Below are positions 51,033 through 58,730 of a DNA stretch of 64,000 nucleotides, piece by piece. Where the stretch lies: assembly GCF_964355755.1 (NCBI RefSeq), contig NC_092674.1, positions 2,418,001 to 2,482,000 of the forward strand, read 5' to 3'. Both the position numbers and the translations under genes were made by a program. The DNA is from Antedon mediterranea. Lineage: Eukaryota > Animalia > Echinodermata. Positions within the stretch are counted from its first letter, which is position 1. Each line of letters opens with the position of its first letter. The notes beneath the pieces were generated by a model. That model worked only from the letters and a program-made list of their open reading frames with translations, did not search any database and had not been told where the DNA came from.

Positions 51033-53615
51033 CATACTAAATACGACAATTTTAAGGCAAAATACTTAGGAAATTCAGATAATATTGATTTGTTACTTAA
51101 CGACAGAAATTACGTTAAAGGAAATTTACCAGATGGTAGAAATGTTTTAACTTTATTTGACAGTGGTTCAACTAGAACTATAATCTCACAATCGTACGTT
51201 AATTCCTCACTTTATTTATCGCGTTTAAAGCCAGTTAAAGTGAACACAACCAAATTTCGATTAGGTAACGGTGACTTCTTATATGCCAACCACTTAGTGC
51301 AATTCGAATTAATTATCCAAGGACACAAATTTAAAATTTCAGCATTAATCGTTAAAAATTTGACAGGTATTGACCTGATACTTGGAACCGAAACATTGTC
51401 TGAACTCGACGGTACTTTAAATTTTAAGGAAAACACATTTCGCATTAGACCAAAGATTTTTAGCTTTCGTCCAGTACACAAGATTTTTCTTAAACCCGGT
51501 GATACTAAAACAGTTAAATTAAAAGGAAGGGTTCCCGCCTTTGTACGCAATTCCGATGTTGTTCTACATGCAACCACCCATATTTCAAAACTTTGTCCAT
51601 CAGATATGTTAGTAAAATTACACAGAGGAGAAACCAACATTGATATCACTAACAACACAAACAGAAACGTATCTCTAAATACACATCAACCTATCGCGAG
51701 CCTTCACTTAACCAACCTTGTAACAGTTACTAACGACCTACCAATAGATAGAATAAAGTTGACCAATGACAACGCAAACAAGTACCCACATTTAGAACGT
51801 ACAGACCCATTGCTATCTTTAACCGAGGAAGAAATAATTAGAAACCAAGTTGATTTAACAGACAGCGTTTTAACACATAGAGAAAAAGAAGATTTGTATA
51901 AAACCTTACAACAAAACCGAAACGCATTTTCACTATACGGTGAACTATCTAGCTGCCCAAACTTCAAAGCTGACATACACCTCTCTAACGATGAACCATT
52001 TTTTATTCGCCCATACTTCGCGACAGACAAAGACAAACATGTTATTGAGGCCGAATTGAACAAATTAGTCAAACTAGGAATCTTAGCAGTAGGACACCAA
52101 TCGTATACTTCCCCTGTCCTTCTTGTTTCAAAGAAAAATTCAAAAGATAAAAGAGTTGTCACAGACTTTCGCTATCTAAATTCCAGGATAAAACGTATTA
52201 ATCACCCATTCCCATTATTAGCCGAAACTCTGAAAACAATAGGTAACGCTAATGCACAGATTCTTAGCGTAATTGATTTGAAATCAGCGTTCCACTGTGT
52301 ACCATTAGCCGAACATGCCCAACAATATACAGGTATAGCTTCATATCATGGTGGAAAACATTATTATTATAAGAGATTAGCACAAGGATTAAACGTTTCA
52401 CCAGGTATATTTCAAGCAAAGATTGACGAAATTTTAAATGAAATCCCAAATTCTAGAGAATTCTGTATCGCCCATCATGATGATATTATTTTATTTAGCC
52501 AAGACAAATTTTCTCATAAGCAGCACCTCGTTTCCGTTTTACAAACCCTACAATTAAATGGTTTTAGAATTTGTCCAAAGAAATGTAAGTTATTCAAGAA
52601 TAAAGTGCAATATATGGGACACACCATCCTGATTAATTCTTCAGGACACGCATGTATCACACCATTAGGCGACAGGTGTGCAGCTATCCGAAATTTGCCA
52701 GTCCCACGAACCCATAAAGAAACTAAACGATTTATTGGTGCAGTAAATTATGTATCCCATTTTTTCCCTCAAATACAATCAATTTTACGTCCGTTACACA
52801 CACTCGCAAGCAAACGCCGAAAATTTTGTTGGTCTACTGAACACCAGAAAGCATTTGACGAAATTAAACAATTAATGGTTAAACCACCAACTCTTCAAAT
52901 GCCTAGAAAAGAAGGTAGATTTACGCTATATAGCGACACTTCAAGAACCGCAACAGGTTCATATTTAACACAAACAGTAAACGGTAAAGAACACATAATA
53001 GGTTATTATTCCAAAATCTTACCACAAGCCTGTCAACGATATAGCGTCACAGAACTAGAGTTATTTGGACTTTACATTAACGTTTCAGCATTTCGACACT
53101 TACTAAAGGGTTGCGAATTTGATGCATTCGTAGACCACTCAGCAATTGTACAAATTTGGAATTCAAAAGATCAGCCATGTACACCCCGTTTACAGAAACT
53201 AATATTACGATTGTCCGGATACATTTTCCAAATTGGTTATAAGAAAGGAACTGAATTAGTTTTAGCAGATTTTCTCTCCCGAGCCCCTCGTGATGACGAT
53301 TCCGAAATTGATCAAGTTGTACCCATTGCATTTAATATTACAGAGACTGAATCCTTTAACCCGATTACAAACACATCTACTAGCAGACCAGTAACAAGGT
53401 CATACGCCAAGAAAATGGGAATAAATATACCTGACCTACATAAACCCAAACCCAAACAAACGCCCGTCATTAATCAAAACCCAGTGACAACAAACACGCG
53501 ACCTACACCTCAACCTACCGCTACACCACAAATAATCACGAGACAACAAACAAACGCACATCGATCACCCGTTTATTTTTCCAAGATAAAGGTGGAGAAT
53601 TTGTATTGCAATTAG
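50988..53615 (+). CDS. pol: Pol part 1: aspartic protease, RT, RNase H
   Basis: LFDSGS protease; VTDFRYLN, IDLKSAF, LAQGL and HHDD RT motifs; YSDTS, ELELFG, FVDH and ADFLSR RNase H motifs. Confidence 0.93.
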   Translation, partial: GFLKRGLDAAYNLAPHTKYDNFKAKYLGNSDNIDLLLNDRNYVKGNLPDGRNVLTLFDSGSTRTIISQSYVNSSLYLSRLKPVKVNTTKFRLGNGDFLYANHLVQFELIIQGHKFKISALIVKNLTGIDLILGTETLSELDGTLNFKENTFRIRPKIFSFRPVHKIFLKPGDTKTVKLKGRVPAFVRNSDVVLHATTHISKLCPSDMLVKLHRGETNIDITNNTNRNVSLNTHQPIASLHLTNLVTVTNDLPIDRIKLTNDNANKYPHLERTDPLLSLTEEEIIRNQVDLTDSVLTHREKEDLYKTLQQNRNAFSLYGELSSCPNFKADIHLSNDEPFFIRPYFATDKDKHVIEAELNKLVKLGILAVGHQSYTSPVLLVSKKNSKDKRVVTDFRYLNSRIKRINHPFPLLAETLKTIGNANAQILSVIDLKSAFHCVPLAEHAQQYTGIASYHGGKHYYYKRLAQGLNVSPGIFQAKIDEILNEIPNSREFCIAHHDDIILFSQDKFSHKQHLVSVLQTLQLNGFRICPKKCKLFKNKVQYMGHTILINSSGHACITPLGDRCAAIRNLPVPRTHKETKRFIGAVNYVSHFFPQIQSILRPLHTLASKRRKFCWSTEHQKAFDEIKQLMVKPPTLQMPRKEGRFTLYSDTSRTATGSYLTQTVNGKEHIIGYYSKILPQACQRYSVTELELFGLYINVSAFRHLLKGCEFDAFVDHSAIVQIWNSKDQPCTPRLQKLILRLSGYIFQIGYKKGTELVLADFLSRAPRDDDSEIDQVVPIAFNITETESFNPITNTSTSRPVTRSYAKKMGINIPDLHKPKPKQTPVINQNPVTTNTRPTPQPTATPQIITRQQTNAHRSPVYFSKIKVENLYCN

Positions 53616-55279
53616 CTGTTCCTGAAAACTTAGCAGAGACTGTTATTTCTCAGTATCACGACAATTTGTTAAGTAGCCACCAAGGTACGATGCGTACTTA
53701 CCTTACTATTAGGAAATTATTTTACATGCCTCTTATGTTCGAGAAAGTCAACAATTATACCCAAGCGTGTCTTAGATGTCAACAATTTCGTCCCAAAACC
53801 GATAAATTACGTCCTTTACACGATCGAGTACCAACAACTTACCGTCCCTTTCATACACTCAGTCTAGATTTTAAGAGTATGCCAACTTCACCTTCAGGTT
53901 TTAAACATATTATGGTAGTATGTGATGAGATAACTAGATTTTTGATTTGTGTACCTTTGAAATCCATTGATGCCGAAACAATTTGTGAAGCACTAATTCA
54001 AAAGGTCATCAGTATTTTCGGACCCCCATCTCGTCTTATTTCAGATGCAGCAACCTCCCTTACAGGAAAATTATTAACACTATTATGTAACACCCTTAAT
54101 ATTGATAGGAAAATCATCAGCGTCCACAATCACGGTAGTTTACAAGTTGAACGTCATATCCGCACCGTATCGGACCTGTTAAAGGTCAACCTTAACCAAT
54201 TCGGAACAGATTGGGTTAGATTTGTATCAACAACATGTTATGCTTATAACTCGTTTTCATCCCCACATCTAGGAAACCACTCCCCTTACGAATTAGTTTT
54301 TGGCCGCCAACCTCCAAGTTTGACCTCATTAGCATTTAACCCTATTTCAGGATTGTCTCATTCCTATGAAGAATACTTTGAACACCTCAAGAAGAAATTT
54401 CAAAACATTTCACAGACAATGCTACAATTACAGCGAACACAACAAAACGTCCAAAACTCAAAGATTTCCCAACGCTTAGAAAAAAGTCCAATTTACTCAG
54501 TAGGACAACTCGTATATTTATACAAGCCAACATCATCATCACTAACAGCAAATTCAAAGAAAATCGCCGCAGAATGGGTCGGACCATTAGTAATTCATGA
54601 AGTACTAGACAGAACACACTACATCCTAGCGACGATTAAAGGAGAAATACTTCGCGACGTATTCAATTATAACAGACTGAAACCTTGTTTTATGAGAACA
54701 CCCAAAGAACGCAAAAATTTTACACATCTACAAAAACTTAAACAATTGTTGAATGAACCAACTGATGATAATAACGATAAAATCCAAAACACCATTAATG
54801 TAGTAAATGACGAAACCAATGTTGAATTTGTAGACGAACATGATAGGACACCCACCCAATTGCAATCAGATACCCTTACACATCCAACTAAGATAGAACC
54901 CCTTAACTTGCAACCTTACATTGACTGTGTAGAGAATAACATGGGATTAGCAGCTCCATTCCAAATGAAAGAAGAGCAAATAAAGGAACAAACTAATCTA
55001 ATTATGACAGCACCTAATGATTCAAATATGACATTAAACCGAGGTAGATTTAAAGCAGGACATTTCCAAGTTTTAGTTTCGTATTCTAAACCGACTTCAG
55101 TCAAACGCAACACTGATAAAACAAAACACGAATCTAATGATCGCAAATTTTGGTGGAATATTGACAGATATAACGATACAGATAAATTAATTAAAGAGAT
55201 CATTAATGATAAACAGATACCGATAAGTGGATCGCCAAAACGATTCATAAAACGTTTGTATAATGCAACAAATTACTGA
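53570..55279 (+). CDS. pol: Pol part 2: integrase (HHCC, DDE, GPY/F-like) with long C-terminal extension, in a different frame from part 1
   Basis: YHDNLLSSHQG...CLRC; LSLDF, ISDAA and VERH catalytic triad; WVGPL; frame is -1 relative to PR-RT-RH. Confidence 0.9.
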   Translation, partial: RLFFQDKGGEFVLQLAVPENLAETVISQYHDNLLSSHQGTMRTYLTIRKLFYMPLMFEKVNNYTQACLRCQQFRPKTDKLRPLHDRVPTTYRPFHTLSLDFKSMPTSPSGFKHIMVVCDEITRFLICVPLKSIDAETICEALIQKVISIFGPPSRLISDAATSLTGKLLTLLCNTLNIDRKIISVHNHGSLQVERHIRTVSDLLKVNLNQFGTDWVRFVSTTCYAYNSFSSPHLGNHSPYELVFGRQPPSLTSLAFNPISGLSHSYEEYFEHLKKKFQNISQTMLQLQRTQQNVQNSKISQRLEKSPIYSVGQLVYLYKPTSSSLTANSKKIAAEWVGPLVIHEVLDRTHYILATIKGEILRDVFNYNRLKPCFMRTPKERKNFTHLQKLKQLLNEPTDDNNDKIQNTINVVNDETNVEFVDEHDRTPTQLQSDTLTHPTKIEPLNLQPYIDCVENNMGLAAPFQMKEEQIKEQTNLIMTAPNDSNMTLNRGRFKAGHFQVLVSYSKPTSVKRNTDKTKHESNDRKFWWNIDRYNDTDKLIKEIINDKQIPISGSPKRFIKRLYNATNY

Positions 55280-55964
55280 TTTAAATTTTTTTTGCAAGAT
55301 TATTTTTAAATTACGACATTTGCTAAATGATAGCATAGTCTACGTATTTGATGAGATTTGTTTAGTAATGATGTGATTTCAGTTAAAAGAGAATTGAATT
55401 TATGTTTAAGTATTGATTTTGTAACGAGTTTTTTTTTGATGAAGATTAATTTTGAATTTTTGAATGATCGATATATTGAGATATTGAAAAGAACGACAAT
55501 CATTTTGTAACAAATATTTTGTTGAACCTTTGAGTCGTTAATCTCAAGCATTAATTAATTGATATACAATAACAGGAGATTTTCTTAGTACTTTTAATTG
55601 TAATTTTGTTGACATTGAGTACAAAAGTCGAATTTGTCGATTGATTGAAATCGTAATTACCTGTAAATATAAATGCTTAAATCGATAAAGTTGTGACGAT
55701 AATGATATATTGTGGATAAGTTTGTGTCAACGGGACACACACATTTGTTTCTTTTAAAGTTTTAAGTGATTAAGTTTGATATTTGATTTTAGGCTAATCA
55801 GCCACAGTTTCTTGAATTTTATGTTTCGATTTGATTGATTTATATTTGAAGGCCATTAGAACGCGATAAGTTGTCGCGCTATTTGATATATATTCATTGT
55901 ACATATTCTTTAAGTTCTTTAAATTTGACCAATTGACGTTTGATTAACGCTCGAGGGAGGAGTA

Positions 55965-56050
55965 GAGCCAATTACGAGCTATATATATAAACAACCGGAT
56001 GGGCAGACTATAAATAAGTCACACGAGCGTATCAAATATACAGTATTTAC
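55965..56050 (+). promoter_or_regulatory. Putative internal promoter for the extra ORF
   Basis: GCCAAT (about 55967), TATATATATAAA (about 55980), TATAAATA (56008) and an Inr-like ACAGT about 30 nt downstream (56040). Confidence 0.5.
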
Positions 56051-56215
56051 TGTCGAATTATAAGTTAATTTACTTTTGTGAGATTGTTATAATAGTTGAA
56101 CTTAAAATTTTATTGTTTGAGTTTTATATTGTTTATTTAGTTTAATATTGTTTATTTTAAATACATTTTAATTTTATTTATCGTAATTTTAGTCAATTCC
56201 AAATTTCCCCCTAAA

Positions 56216-57091
56216 ATGGAATCCGAAAAGCTTGACGTTACACAGTTATGCTTAAAACACAAAATTCAAATGACGCCCCTGTCCACAGAATGTGCCCTTA
56301 TAAAGAAGATAATCCTTTACCAAAGCGAACAAAACGTAACCCTCCATATTACCAAAATGATGCCATTTACTTTAGATTCCTTGAAAAGAGTTTTATTATT
56401 CCTTTGCGACATCCGTCCAGCAGACCAACTGACAAACCTCAAATTAAATACCCTTTTACACATTGGCAGTTATTTATGTTGTTTCGACAAAATGTCCTCC
56501 CCCATTATAGATTACATTTGGAAGCATAAGAGTGAACCAGCCCTACTTGACTTTTCCACAATCGACCTTTCCATTAATCTAGACGGCATCGCCACTTGTA
56601 TACCAAACACACATGAATTTCACAGACAACATATTTATTCTATGACCCTCCTGCTCTTAGCAATTACAAAAGACATCAAAGCCCCACAATGCACAGCATT
56701 TTTTTCAAGAGTCCGACAACAAACAGGCATCATACCCCAAGACGAATTAAAACCTAGCGAACACTCACCATTTGGATATGTTGTAACTAAATATAAGAAA
56801 AAACTATATTCGCACATTCGTAACATGCAGTACCTGGAAAATAAATACCAAGATACCCCCTGCCAAATTTGTCAATGTAACCCCGAAATTAAAAACTTTC
56901 ATACTGACTGTACAATCAACAAATGCTGCGGAACATTTTTTCACAAAAATTGCCAACAAATATCCCTCAACAAGAAATACCAATGCTTGAATTGCGGTAT
57001 GGTATATTTGAATGAGATCCCTTACACAACTACCTACATGTTGGACATACCGTGGAGTGCATTCCGTTATTATCGATTATTATATGATTGA
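56216..57091 (+). CDS. Retrotransposon extra ORF: BTB/SKP1-like N-terminus + C4HC3 (RING/PHD-type) zinc finger
   Basis: Intact 291-aa ORF with AAAATGG start context, inside the LTRs. C-terminal CQIC-x17-CC-x4-H-x2-C-x10-CLNC. The N-terminal helix pattern resembles BTB/SKP1 (by eye). Confidence 0.8.
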   Translation: MESEKLDVTQLCLKHKIQMTPLSTECALIKKIILYQSEQNVTLHITKMMPFTLDSLKRVLLFLCDIRPADQLTNLKLNTLLHIGSYLCCFDKMSSPIIDYIWKHKSEPALLDFSTIDLSINLDGIATCIPNTHEFHRQHIYSMTLLLLAITKDIKAPQCTAFFSRVRQQTGIIPQDELKPSEHSPFGYVVTKYKKKLYSHIRNMQYLENKYQDTPCQICQCNPEIKNFHTDCTINKCCGTFFHKNCQQISLNKKYQCLNCGMVYLNEIPYTTTYMLDIPWSAFRYYRLLYD

Positions 57092-57517
57092 TTTCAATTT
57101 ATCCTTTATAAATTTTTTTTTCTATTTCAAATAATTAACGGGAGTCGACTTCTTGACCGATGTTTTTTAGAGAAACCCAACCGTTGTGATGTTTATATTT
57201 CGGTAATCCGAGTGTAGCATGCCTCCAAAGCAACGGACCCACAATTATGTCGATCTTGAAGAACACTTTTGTTTTTTTTATATACATTTTTTGTTTTAAA
57301 TTTTATATAAATTCCGGAATTTTTATACCAAATTCAATTTTAATTTCATTTTTTAAAGAGAGAGAAGAGAGAGAGTGAAAGTGATAAGGTTACACTTCAG
57401 AGTCAATGGTTTTGGCTAACTCAATTTTTGCTTATATGTATAATAATGTTTTTTTCTTTTATATAACTTTAATTTTGCATGCCACTATTATAACCATTTT
57501 TATATGTTAAATAGATT

Positions 57518-57544
57518 AGAAAAAAAAAAAGGGAAACAGAGGGA
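57518..57544 (+). other. Polypurine tract
   Basis: AGAAAAAAAAAAAGGGAAACAGAGGGA abutting the 3' LTR. Confidence 0.9.
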
Positions 57545-58129
57545 TGTAATATAAAGATATACTTTTATATTTAAGAAATTGACCTTTGTATCGGAATTTA
57601 AATAGGTTCACAAACTTGACCCAGAAAGTCCGAAGGAGAGTTTGTCCAGATGTTTTAATGACCATTTAGTTTATAATAGAATCCCTAAAGAAAACACTTA
57701 GCTTAATTTTGTGACTTTCCCATCGTTAAAACCAGGAGTGATCGACACTATTTAAGTACAGATTTGACAGTGTCATCCATCACAGAAATACCTTATGACA
57801 CCGTTAATCACTCCCACTTAAACACCCCTGGATCAACTTAGGACCAATCGTTACCCTCACAGATGATGTAATGACATTATGCAAATGAACTGAGCCAATA
57901 TACCCCCAGGTTTCAGAAGGGCCCAGACACACCTTACAACCACTTCTCCAGAAGCAGACCTACACACACCACACCTCACCGACAGCATCATTGATTGTCC
58001 GTTCCTTATCTATACTTATAGTTGTATATTGTACTGAAGTATTATACTGAATAAATAATATATGTGTTACGACAGTCAAGCGAGTCAGAGTCCTTCATTA
58101 GTACCTCAACAACCCAACATTATATTACA
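57545..58129 (+). repeat. 3' LTR
   Basis: 585 bp; no differences from the 5' LTR found by visual comparison. Confidence 0.97.
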
Positions 58130-58730
58130 ATAATACCATATGTTAATGTTATGCATGTAGGCCCTCCCCCTATCATCATCAATACAGTAGATAGAACCAG
58201 TTGTGCATTTAATATTCAGCAAGCCAGTAGTAGGCTTACTGTAATGTATATCCTAATCTTGTATTAATGAAACCGCCAGTCATTTTGGAATGCCTAAATA
58301 AATTTAGAATTATTCATTATTGTGTGCTAATCTTATCATAATTTCATGATTTTTTTACGAATTTGAGTACCGTCTTTACCATATGTATAATAGCCTCATA
58401 CCCACCCATCCATAGGTTGATTAAAGACCTTTCCCTGAATTGTGCAAATTGTAGTTCAAAAGATAGGATACTAATTTCAATTCGGCACTTAAAATTCCCA
58501 GGCCCTCCCCCCAATCCCTCACCTATTTCATAATCTTGGTTCCGCTTATGAAACTGATAGTAGATGCGAATAGTTGATGATTTTTGTTTTGATTCCCAAG
58601 TATTTTATTTCCATATTCACAGGGTCGTCATTTTGTTTTGATTCCCAAGTATTTATTTCCATATTCACAGGGTCGTCATTCATTGGATTGGACAATTCAT
58701 CCTCCTAAAAAGTAATCCACCTTCAGGATC

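Larger units (their letters stand above)
48732..58129 (+). mobile_element. Full-length Ty3/Gypsy LTR retrotransposon with an extra 3' ORF
   Basis: Two 585-bp LTRs, TG...CA ends, 4-bp TSD ATAA (48728-48731, 58130-58133), gag followed by PR-RT-RH-INT order, PPT before the 3' LTR. Confidence 0.97.

Noticed and set aside
51212-55248. Minus-strand ORFs inside pol
   Set aside because: Antisense shadows with no recognisable domains.
56008-56020. Baculovirus late promoter ATAAG upstream of ORF3
   Set aside because: A 5-mer expected by chance in AT-rich DNA, and no other viral genes are present.
56216-57091. ORF3 as an envelope glycoprotein
   Set aside because: No signal peptide, no convincing TM segment, no RxxR cleavage site or fusion peptide; the Cys/His spacing fits a zinc finger instead.
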